The notes below the pieces were generated by a model. It saw nothing but the letters and a program-made list of their open reading frames with translations. It did no database searches and was not told the DNA's origin. Positions 7,983-15,065 of a stretch of 33,263 bases of DNA are shown piece after piece. This stretch comes from an uncultured Clostridia bacterium (GTDB lineage: Bacteria; Bacillota; Clostridia; Christensenellales; Borkfalkiaceae). A program made the translations under genes and the position numbers. Numbering within the stretch: the stretch's first letter is position 1; every line of letters starts with the position of its first letter. The stretch spans positions 1 to 33,263 of the forward strand of contig CAMWKX010000001.1 in NCBI GenBank assembly GCA_947174955.1. The letters run 5' to 3'.

Positions 7983-10109
7983 TTATAAGTGAAGTACTCT
8001 TGCCTTGATTTCCTTGGTCTTGCCGACGTTCCAGAAATTCTCTCCGAGGTAACCGCAGGTACGGCGCGTAACGTTCATCTTGCGCTGGTCCTTATTGTGG
8101 CAAATCGGGCACTCCCATTCATTGTCGTCGTTTATGATAATCTCGCCGTCGAAGCCGCAAACGTGGCAGTAGTCCGACTTGGTATTGAACTCGGCGTACT
8201 GAATGTTGTCGTAGATATACTGAACGACGTCCTCCATCGCGTCGAGGTTCTGGCGCATATTGGGTATCTCGATATACGAAATCGCGCCGCCCGAAGAAAT
8301 CTTCTGGAACTGGCTCTCGAACGTGAACTTGGTGAACGCGTCGATTTTCTCGCGCACGTCAACGTGGTAGCTGTTGGTGTAGTAACCCTTGTCCGTAACG
8401 TCCTTAATCGTGCCGAAGCGCTCCTTGTCGATACGCGCGAAGCGGTAGCAAAGCGATTCTGCGGGCGTGCCGTAAAGACCGAAGCCCAGTCCCGTTTCCT
8501 TCTTCCATTTCTCGCAGTGAGCGCGTAGCGTATTCATAACTTTGAGCGCGAATTCCTGACCCTCGGGAGTGGTGTGAGAGCAGCCCTTTACAAGCTTTGT
8601 GACCTCGTAGAGCCCTATATATCCCAGAGATATCGTCGAATAGCCGTCCATCAGGTACTTGTCAATTTTCTCGCCCTTGCCCAGTCTTGCAATTGCGCCG
8701 TACTGCCAGTGAACGGGCGAAACGTCCGAAATCGTGCCCATCAACGAGTCGTGTCTGCACATCAGCGCGTCGTAGCAAAGCTGCAGTCTTTCCTCTAAAA
8801 TATCCCAGAACTTAGCTTCGTCGCCCTTGGCTAAGATACCGCACTGCGGAAGGTTGAGGGAAACGACGCCCTGGTTAAATCTGCCCTCGAACTTGTAGTT
8901 GCCGTTTTCGTCCTTCCAGGGAGAAAGGAAGGAACGGCAGCCCATCGGCGAGAACACGTTGCCCTCGTAATTTTCGCGCATCTTCTTTGCCGAAATGTAA
9001 TCGGGGTACAATCTCTTGGACGAGCACTTGACCGCCATTCTCGTAAGGTAGTCGTACTTACCGCCTTTGAGGCAGTTGTTTTCGTCAAGCACGTAAATGA
9101 GCTTGGGGAACGCGGGGGTTACGTATACGCCCACCTCGTTCTTTATGCCCTGGTAACGCTGCTTTAAAATCTCCTCGATTATCATAGCGTTCTCTTCGAT
9201 ATACTCGTCGTTATCGTCGAGGTACAGGAAAAGCGTTACGAAGGGCGACTGACCGTTGGTCGTCATTAAAGTATTTATCTGATACTGAATTGTCTGCACG
9301 CCCGCTTTAAGCTCGGTTTTAAGGCGCATATCGACAATCTTCTTGGTTTCTTCCGCCGAAACGGAATCGCCGAGCTGTTCGGCGCACTCCCTTTCGTATT
9401 TTTCACGCGTGCGTCTTAAATATTTACCTAAGTGAGCGACATTCACCGACTGACCGCCGTACTGCGACGACGCAACCGACGCGATAATCTGTGTTACGAT
9501 CGTGCACGCAACCTGGAAGGACTTGGGGCTTTCGATCATCTTGCCGTTCATAACCGTGCCGTTTTCGAGCATATCCTTGATATTTACAAGGCAACAGTTG
9601 AAAATGGGCTGTAAGAAATAGTCGGCGTCGTGGAAGTGAATTGCGCCCTCGTCGTGAGCTTTCGAAATGTATTCGGGAAGAAGAATACGGCGGGTCAGAT
9701 CCTTGGAAACCTCGCCCGCAATGAGGTCGCGCTGGGTGGACGCCGTGCGGGCGTTCTTGTTGGAGTTCTCCTCCATAACGTCCTTGTTGGCGTTCTTTAT
9801 AAGGGAAAGTATGCTCTCGTCGGTGGTGTTCGCCTTTCTGACCAAAGCGCGCTCGTAGCGGTAGAGAATGTACGCCTTCATAAGGCGGTACTTCTGCCTC
9901 TCCATCAGCTTCTCTTCCACCATATCCTGAATGTCTTCGACGAGAAGGCGGGTTCTGTGACGGCGGGAGATTTCGTCGACTATCTGCTCTATCTGCTTAT
10001 CCGTCACTCTGTCCTCGATATCGACAGCTTCGTTAGCCTTGCTTATAGCCTTTACAATCTTACTTCTGTCAAAATCTACAGTCGAACCGTCCCTTTTAAT
10101 AACCTTCAT
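7983..10109 (-). CDS. nrdD: Anaerobic ribonucleoside-triphosphate reductase (class III RNR)
   Basis: 708 aa with an N-terminal ATP-cone (MKVIKRDGSTVDFDRSKIVKAI). The C-terminal zinc ribbon is CHVCGFDGE...CPICHN and the glycyl-radical motif is RRTCGYLG. Confidence 0.95.
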   Translation of the reverse strand: MKVIKRDGSTVDFDRSKIVKAISKANEAVDIEDRVTDKQIEQIVDEISRRHRTRLLVEDIQDMVEEKLMERQKYRLMKAYILYRYERALVRKANTTDESILSLIKNANKDVMEENSNKNARTASTQRDLIAGEVSKDLTRRILLPEYISKAHDEGAIHFHDADYFLQPIFNCCLVNIKDMLENGTVMNGKMIESPKSFQVACTIVTQIIASVASSQYGGQSVNVAHLGKYLRRTREKYERECAEQLGDSVSAEETKKIVDMRLKTELKAGVQTIQYQINTLMTTNGQSPFVTLFLYLDDNDEYIEENAMIIEEILKQRYQGIKNEVGVYVTPAFPKLIYVLDENNCLKGGKYDYLTRMAVKCSSKRLYPDYISAKKMRENYEGNVFSPMGCRSFLSPWKDENGNYKFEGRFNQGVVSLNLPQCGILAKGDEAKFWDILEERLQLCYDALMCRHDSLMGTISDVSPVHWQYGAIARLGKGEKIDKYLMDGYSTISLGYIGLYEVTKLVKGCSHTTPEGQEFALKVMNTLRAHCEKWKKETGLGFGLYGTPAESLCYRFARIDKERFGTIKDVTDKGYYTNSYHVDVREKIDAFTKFTFESQFQKISSGGAISYIEIPNMRQNLDAMEDVVQYIYDNIQYAEFNTKSDYCHVCGFDGEIIINDDNEWECPICHNKDQRKMNVTRRTCGYLGENFWNVGKTKEIKARVLHL

Positions 10110-10168
10110 ACCAAGTCACCTTCCCCTATTCTTATGTAACAATTTGTCCACAAACGTGGAACATTTCT

Positions 10169-10197
10169 ACTATAACACATATATTGTTGCTTGTCAA
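10169..10197 (-). promoter_or_regulatory. nrdD promoter P1: TTGACA-17 nt-TATAGT
   Basis: The minus strand reads ctaTTGACAagcaacaatatatgtgtTATAGTag. The -35 is at 10197-10192 and the -10 at 10174-10169, about 55 nt upstream of the nrdD ATG. Confidence 0.6.
10175..10188. promoter_or_regulatory. NrdR-type box 1 (imperfect; central AT tract one nt short), inside the P1 spacer
   Basis: acacatatattgtt, compared with my remembered NrdR-box consensus acaCwAtATaTwGtgt. Its centre lies about 32 bp from box 2, which is the usual tandem spacing. Confidence 0.45.
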
Positions 10198-10205
10198 TAG
10201 TGATA

Positions 10206-10221
10206 ACACAATATATTGTAT
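10206..10221. promoter_or_regulatory. NrdR-type box 2
   Basis: acacaatatattgtat matches the 16-bp NrdR consensus at 15 of 16 positions. It ends 8 nt upstream of the P1 -35. Confidence 0.65.
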
Positions 10222-10255
10222 ATTTTTTGTCGGCTTTTATGCCGCAACGTTTAAC

Positions 10256-10284
10256 ATTATATGCCCGCATTCCCTTTAAGTCAA
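10256..10284 (-). promoter_or_regulatory. Second upstream promoter P2: TTGACT-17 nt-TATAAT
   Basis: The minus strand reads ggTTGACTtaaagggaatgcgggcaTATAATg. The -35 is at 10284-10279 and the -10 at 10261-10256. Confidence 0.45.
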
Positions 10285-10292
10285 CCATTTGA

Positions 10293-10308
10293 CCACAATA
10301 TATTGTAT
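10293..10308. promoter_or_regulatory. NrdR-type box 3
   Basis: ccacaatatattgtat. Its 15-nt core cacaatatattgtat is identical to box 2. It also lies 8 nt upstream of a -35 (P2). Confidence 0.6.
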
Positions 10309-10347
10309 GAAAGTTTTTAACACGTTTCAAAATGTTGTATGTGTTAG

Positions 10348-10366
10348 TTTGTTAACTTTTAACAAA
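10348..10366. repeat. Perfect inverted repeat TTTGTTAA-ctt-TTAACAAA, function unknown
   Basis: The 8-bp arms at 10348-10355 and 10359-10366 are exact reverse complements. The repeat lies in the long AT-rich nrdD / XRE-gene intergenic region. Confidence 0.5.
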
Positions 10367-10502
10367 GCGGCAAAATTCACGCAAAAATACTCAAATTTAA
10401 CCTTTAACGCCGCATAATTGTCAAAAAGATCAAATATCAACCTAATTTATATCAAATTCAACTTTTGGTTGAGCGGAAAAATTATACAACCGCAAGTTTA
10501 AA

Positions 10503-10511
10503 TGGTATAAT
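10503..10511 (+). promoter_or_regulatory. Extended -10 (TGgTATAAT) for the XRE/zinc-ribbon membrane protein gene
   Basis: aaTGgTATAATaa lies 35 nt upstream of ATG 10546. No good -35 was seen. Confidence 0.4.
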
Positions 10512-10545
10512 AAAACCGTAAAACGCAAGAATGCAGGAGAGGAAT

Positions 10546-11433
10546 ATGGAAACATTAGGACAAACGATTACCGCATACCGGAAAAAACTCAATCTGACCC
10601 AGAAGGATCTGGGCGAAAAGCTTAACGTTTCGGCGCAGGCCGTTTCCAAGTGGGAAAACGGTCAGGCGGAACCCGACGCCTCCACCATTATAAAGTTGTG
10701 TGAAATTTTCAGAATTTCCACCGACGAGCTTTTGGGCAACACTCCGCCCGCCGAAGAGGTTGCCGTCACTGCCGCCGTTCCCGTCGCGGAAGCTCCCGCC
10801 CCTCAGCCGCAGATTGTCAGGGAAACGGTCGTCGAGCAGAAAATAATCAACGGCTACTGCGAAAAGTGCAAAAAGCCCGTGGGCCCGGGAGAATACGTTG
10901 TGGAGCACTCGGGGCGCGGCGGAAATATCCAGCACATATATTGTAATAAATGTAAAGCGGAAAGATTAAGCGCCCACGCCGTTGCGGAATACGTCGACCA
11001 CAGAAAAAAAACCATCCTTTCGGTGATAGTTGGGTGCGCAGTAGGCATTGCGGTATTCGTTGCGCTTGCGCTTATACTCACTTTTGTCGGAGAAGCGCCG
11101 GCGTGGTTCGCCCTTCCCGCCGCGGCTATTTTCGGCATTGCGGGAATATCATTCACAATGCAGATGTTCTGGGACGGCGTCGTCAACGATATGTTTTTCT
11201 TTTGCTTTCATTCGTTTAAAATGCCCGGCGTAATCTTTACTTTGGATTTAGACGGCATTATATTTCTTTTATTGGTAAAGATAGGCGGCGCGATTTTAAG
11301 CGTTTTCCTTTCGGTGATAGTATTTATTGTCGGATTTATTATCGTCTACCTCGGCTCGGTACTTATACTTCCGTTTGCGTGCATAAAACGCGGTATCGAA
11401 GCCAAAAAGCTGAAAACCGCCGCCGAAAAGTAA
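10546..11433 (+). CDS. Membrane-anchored XRE-family HTH protein with a central CxxC...CxxC zinc ribbon and about 4 C-terminal TM helices
   Basis: The HTH_3 motif is LNLTQKDLGEKLNVSAQAVSKWENGQAEP. A Pro/Ala linker follows, then CEKCKK...CNKCK, then hydrophobic segments. The start is placed at ATG 10546 after AGGAGAGG, whereas the tracked ORF starts at 10531. Confidence 0.8.
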   Translation: METLGQTITAYRKKLNLTQKDLGEKLNVSAQAVSKWENGQAEPDASTIIKLCEIFRISTDELLGNTPPAEEVAVTAAVPVAEAPAPQPQIVRETVVEQKIINGYCEKCKKPVGPGEYVVEHSGRGGNIQHIYCNKCKAERLSAHAVAEYVDHRKKTILSVIVGCAVGIAVFVALALILTFVGEAPAWFALPAAAIFGIAGISFTMQMFWDGVVNDMFFFCFHSFKMPGVIFTLDLDGIIFLLLVKIGGAILSVFLSVIVFIVGFIIVYLGSVLILPFACIKRGIEAKKLKTAAEK

Positions 11434-11449
11434 ATTGAAAATAAAATGA

Positions 11450-11486
11450 GCCGCCCGCGGAAATTTTTCCGCGGGCGGCGTTTTGT
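11450..11486. terminator. Bidirectional intrinsic terminator between convergent genes
   Basis: The 11-bp stem pairs gccgcccgcgg with ccgcgggcggc around an 8-nt loop. T-runs lie on both sides (gttttgttt on plus, tcattttatttt on minus). Confidence 0.8.
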
Positions 11487-11912
11487 TTACATAAATTTCG
11501 GCAAGTCCGACACGTCGAGTTGCCACTCGCGGCGGCTTCTTTCGCGATGGACTTCGTTAGCCTCGCCCAAAGCTTTGCGGTACTCCGCATAGGTGCAGCC
11601 GTTGACTTTCATAAAGTGTTCGCTTGCCTCGCGCTCCCTGCCCATCAGCTGAGTTCTGCCTATGTGTATAACCTCGTGACACGCCTTGCAAACCGCAACC
11701 ACGTTTTTAAGTTTCTGCACGCCGTTTTTATCGTCGTACTCCCACTGTTCGTGAGCTTCGAGCCTAGCGGTCGGCGCGCCGCAGATCATACATTTTCCGC
11801 TCGCACGCGCGTACGCCTTTTTCCTTATTCTATCCCAGACTTCCTTGGGCAGACTGCTGCGCAGATTGGAGTACCAGCAACTGTCGGGCACAAGCTCGAA
11901 ATCAAGTTTCAT
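11487..11912 (-). CDS. Small HNH-like (beta-beta-alpha-Me, zinc-finger) nuclease-family protein
   Basis: 141 aa. CMICG...LEAHEQWEYD...KNVVAVCKACHEVIH has a CxxC...H...N...CxxCHxxxH layout. AAAGGTGA Shine-Dalgarno precedes ATG 11912, and the gene starts 15 nt after the stop of the upstream XRE membrane protein. Confidence 0.65.
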   Translation of the reverse strand: MKLDFELVPDSCWYSNLRSSLPKEVWDRIRKKAYARASGKCMICGAPTARLEAHEQWEYDDKNGVQKLKNVVAVCKACHEVIHIGRTQLMGREREASEHFMKVNGCTYAEYRKALGEANEVHRERSRREWQLDVSDLPKFM

Positions 11913-11927
11913 AAATTCACCTTTACT

Positions 11928-13538
11928 TTAAAACGAATACTCCGTTTTCTTTCTCTTTACAAAATACGAAATCGCTCCCGCAACGACCGTTGCGACCGTG
12001 ACGGCGCAAAAGCTTATTAAGCAAACTCCCGAATATTCCGAGGAACGTATAAGCTCGTACCGCCATTCACCCTCTTTTTCATAGTAGTTCAACGAGCGGC
12101 AATACATACGCCCTACGGGCGCTTCTTGTGCGGAATTCCATTCACTGTTAAGTGCGGGAGTATCCTGATAGGCAACGTTATACGCCTCGCCTATGCCGTA
12201 TTCGGGAGCGGGCAAATCGAATTGCACCAACTGAACCGCACGCGTTACCTGTGTCAGATATTCGTAATAATATCCGCCCGAATGCAAGTCCTCCGCAGTA
12301 AAGCCCTCGCCGAGGTGATAAACTTCCCAAACGCGGGGCGTTGAATAATTATCCCACCAAACGTGGCCAACGCTCATAAAAAACCTATCAAATTTCTCTC
12401 TCGAATAGAAGCCGTTACCCAGGTCGTAAAATTTGTCCGTAGCAAGTCCGTCATCAAAGATACGAAGCTCTACGTAGTTTTCACTCTGAAAGTTTAAATA
12501 GTACTCGCCTGCGGGCACTATCGTCTTTATACTTCCGTCCTCTTGCTCTTCGGTAATGTCTTCCGTTTCAAAGGTCTGAAACTGTCTGTAAATCTCGTCT
12601 ACGCTGTCCGCAGTAAAGTACACCTGCATCGTACTGTCGAAAACCTTATTACTGAAAATTAAAGCTAAAACATACACAATCACAATAGGTATAACGCCGA
12701 AGCCGCAGATTTTACCGAACAGCTTGCCGTTATTTTTGAGTACTGTTTTCTGCTCGCCGTTGCCGAATTTCACAACGCCCGTAATCTGATATACGCAACC
12801 CCAAACAAACAATGCAAGACCTAACGCCGCGTTTAAAGCAACCACTACTGCGGTATGGGTTGTGAAATCTATCGTAACGGTACTGCCGCCAATAGTTATA
12901 CTGTAACCGAATATACCAAACAATCCCGCGACGAAAAACACCGCTAAAAAGACGATTGCCCCCGCAATATACGGCAACGAAAGCAAAATAAGCGAGTTTG
13001 CCGTGCCGTGGCGCAGGGATAAAACGTAGGGCTTGTTGCCCTCGGTGTAGTCCTCTTTTAAAACTATACCCTCGCCGCGCACCGCCGAATATGCAAAGCA
13101 CGCAAGAAGTATTACGCACGATATGCACCCGCCCGCGCCCAACACCATTAAGAGAATGGATAGCCATAACGGTGCGGGTGAATACAGCATAACCGCGCAC
13201 GCAGCAAGGAATATCAAACTGCCTAAAAACCCGAAGCCGAGGCAGTACGCGCGCTTGGTTCCGTGTTGTGCGTACCTTCTTTTGCGCAAATCTCTCTTCG
13301 CCTTTTCCGAGATATCGTCCGCAATGACCGCTTTTCTTTCTCCGCGCAAAATCTCGTCTACCGTAACGCCGTACAAGTCGGCGATTGCGGGAAGTATAAG
13401 CAAGTCGGGAGCGGTGCGGTCGGTTTCCCAGCTCGATACGGTGCGGTTGGAAACTCCCAGCTTTTCCGCCACTTCCAGCTGAGTAAATCCGCTTGCCTTT
13501 CTCAGCGTTTCGAGAAATTCACCCGTCGTCTGCTTCAT
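11928..13538 (-). CDS. Membrane-tethered XRE-family HTH protein with a polytopic TM region, a C-terminal domain of about 230 aa and a terminal TM anchor
   Basis: 536 aa. The N-terminal HTH_3 is FTQLEVAEKLGVSNRTVSSWETDRTAPD. Multiple hydrophobic helices span about aa 95-300. A Tyr/Glu/Trp-rich domain follows, then the final helix GVCLISFCAVTVATVVAGAISYF and KRKK. GAGGTGA Shine-Dalgarno, ATG 13538. Confidence 0.8.
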   Translation of the reverse strand: MKQTTGEFLETLRKASGFTQLEVAEKLGVSNRTVSSWETDRTAPDLLILPAIADLYGVTVDEILRGERKAVIADDISEKAKRDLRKRRYAQHGTKRAYCLGFGFLGSLIFLAACAVMLYSPAPLWLSILLMVLGAGGCISCVILLACFAYSAVRGEGIVLKEDYTEGNKPYVLSLRHGTANSLILLSLPYIAGAIVFLAVFFVAGLFGIFGYSITIGGSTVTIDFTTHTAVVVALNAALGLALFVWGCVYQITGVVKFGNGEQKTVLKNNGKLFGKICGFGVIPIVIVYVLALIFSNKVFDSTMQVYFTADSVDEIYRQFQTFETEDITEEQEDGSIKTIVPAGEYYLNFQSENYVELRIFDDGLATDKFYDLGNGFYSREKFDRFFMSVGHVWWDNYSTPRVWEVYHLGEGFTAEDLHSGGYYYEYLTQVTRAVQLVQFDLPAPEYGIGEAYNVAYQDTPALNSEWNSAQEAPVGRMYCRSLNYYEKEGEWRYELIRSSEYSGVCLISFCAVTVATVVAGAISYFVKRKKTEYSF

Positions 13539-13563
13539 TATCTATCACCTCTCAACGCTTAAA

Positions 13564-13592
13564 ATTCTACATTATGCAGACAAGATTTTCAA
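13564..13592 (-). promoter_or_regulatory. Promoter of the XRE-membrane / HNH operon: TTGAAA-17 nt-TAGAAT
   Basis: The minus strand reads cTTGAAAatcttgtctgcataatgTAGAATttt. The -35 is at 13592-13587 and the -10 at 13569-13564. Confidence 0.5.
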
Positions 13593-13633
13593 GGAATTAT
13601 CTGTGGAAACGCGTCCACAATGTGTGGATTACG

Positions 13634-14968
13634 CTATTTAAGACGCTCCGCTTCCACGCTCGAATAGTTTACAACCGCTATTTTTTCATACCCCTCGGCG
13701 GGCTTTATGAGATAGTCGGAAACACACTTAATCTTAATACCGCGGTCTTTCGCCGCTTTCTTAATCTCTTCGTCGCTCGCAAACGACGGCAGCCGCACAG
13801 TCAAATGCAAGCCCCCGCCCGTCTCGATTATTTCCTTTTCGACAGGCAGATTTTCTATTTTTTGCAAAAGAAGCGAGCGCACTCCGCGGTAATAATTTCT
13901 AAGACGGTTGACGTGCCTTTCGAAAAAGCCGCCGTCCAGCATTTTGGCAAGCGTTTTCTGTTCGAACAGAGGCACGACGTTGGCGGAATTGCCGAATAAA
14001 TTCCGATAGCGGGCATATAGTTCGGGGGGTAGCACCATATACCCCATTCTCAGCGACGGCGCGAGCGTCTTTGAAAAGGTGTTGATATATATCACTCTTT
14101 CGCCGTTCATTGCCGCCATCGTCTGCAAAGGTTTGCCGAAAAGCCTGAACTCGCTGTCGTAGTCGTCCTCTATTATATACGCGCCCGATTTTTCCGCCCA
14201 GCCTATCAGCCGCGAACGGTTCGCCGCGGGCATAACCGCGCCCGTGGGGTACTGGTGCGAGGGCGATATATGCAAAGCGCACGCACCGCTCTTTTCAACC
14301 TCGTCCACCTTTACACCGCAGTCGTCCACGGCAATATAATTACATTTTGCGCCGTTCAACGCGTAGGTCTGCGGCACCCGCGCATAGGCGGGATTTTCCA
14401 CCGCGTACGGCTTGTCCCTGCCCAAAAGCTGAACGATAACTCCGTACAGATACTCCGCGCCCGCGCCTATTACCACGTGCCGCGCGTCCACCTTGAAGCC
14501 GCGGAAACGGTACAGGTACGCCGCGATTGCCTCTTTGAGCGTGCGGTCGCCGTCGCACGGAACGCGCTCCAATAGATGCCCGCCCTCCTCGGAAAGGGTC
14601 TGCCGCATAAGCTTTGCCCACGTCGAAAAGGGGAAAAGTTTTACAGGCGCACGACCTGAACAGAGGTCGAGAGAATAGCTCTCTTCCATCTCCTCCACGC
14701 AGAGCGGGTGCGGTGTCGGCGCGCCGTTTTGCGGGCTGACCTCGGCAACGAAATACCCCCGCCGCTGCTCACTTTGGATATACCCCTCGGCAAGCAGCTG
14801 TTCGTAAGCCGTCTGCACGGTGATAACGCTCACGCCGAGGTGTTCGGCAAGCGAACGCTTTGACGGCAGTTTGTCGCCGTGCTTTAAATTGCCGCTCAAA
14901 ATATCGCCGCGTATGGCGCGGTACAGCGCGTAATATTTATTTTTATCTGAAAGGTCGTAAGTCAACAT
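13634..14968 (-). CDS. pdxR: MocR/PdxR-type regulator (GntR wHTH fused to a fold-type I aminotransferase domain)
   Basis: 444 aa. The N-terminal GntR HTH is LPSKRSLAEHLGVSVITVQTAYEQLLAEGYI. The aminotransferase domain carries INTFSKTLAPSLRMGY, which holds the PLP lysine. The gene is divergent from a B6-salvage gene pair. Confidence 0.8.
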   Translation of the reverse strand: MLTYDLSDKNKYYALYRAIRGDILSGNLKHGDKLPSKRSLAEHLGVSVITVQTAYEQLLAEGYIQSEQRRGYFVAEVSPQNGAPTPHPLCVEEMEESYSLDLCSGRAPVKLFPFSTWAKLMRQTLSEEGGHLLERVPCDGDRTLKEAIAAYLYRFRGFKVDARHVVIGAGAEYLYGVIVQLLGRDKPYAVENPAYARVPQTYALNGAKCNYIAVDDCGVKVDEVEKSGACALHISPSHQYPTGAVMPAANRSRLIGWAEKSGAYIIEDDYDSEFRLFGKPLQTMAAMNGERVIYINTFSKTLAPSLRMGYMVLPPELYARYRNLFGNSANVVPLFEQKTLAKMLDGGFFERHVNRLRNYYRGVRSLLLQKIENLPVEKEIIETGGGLHLTVRLPSFASDEEIKKAAKDRGIKIKCVSDYLIKPAEGYEKIAVVNYSSVEAERLK

Positions 14969-14982
14969 ATCTGGTATTACTA

Positions 14983-15017
14983 AATAATATCAATTTGGAT
15001 ATTTTAATAATATCAAT
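14983..15017. promoter_or_regulatory. Two exact 12-nt direct repeats AATAATATCAAT (candidate PdxR operator)
   Basis: Copies lie at 14983-14994 and 15006-15017, 23 bp apart start to start. They sit in the 97-bp divergent intergenic region, and copy 2 overlaps the pdxR -10. Confidence 0.45.
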
Positions 15018-15035
15018 ACCGCCGTATAATGTCAA
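15007..15035 (-). promoter_or_regulatory. pdxR promoter: TTGACA-17 nt-TATTAT
   Basis: The minus strand reads ctgTTGACAttatacggcggtattgaTATTATtaa. A plus-strand TATAAT (15025-15030) with a poor -35 overlaps it back to back and would serve the ECF-S/pdxK operon. Confidence 0.5.
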
Positions 15036-15065
15036 CAGTAAAACTTACAAAGAGCGCAAAAACTT

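Noticed and set aside
10106-10330. 74-aa minus-strand ORF in the nrdD upstream region.
   Set aside because: It overlaps the nrdD start and spans both predicted promoters and all three NrdR-type boxes. It has no Shine-Dalgarno and its sequence is odd and Cys/Tyr-rich. The region is better explained as regulatory DNA and 5' UTR.
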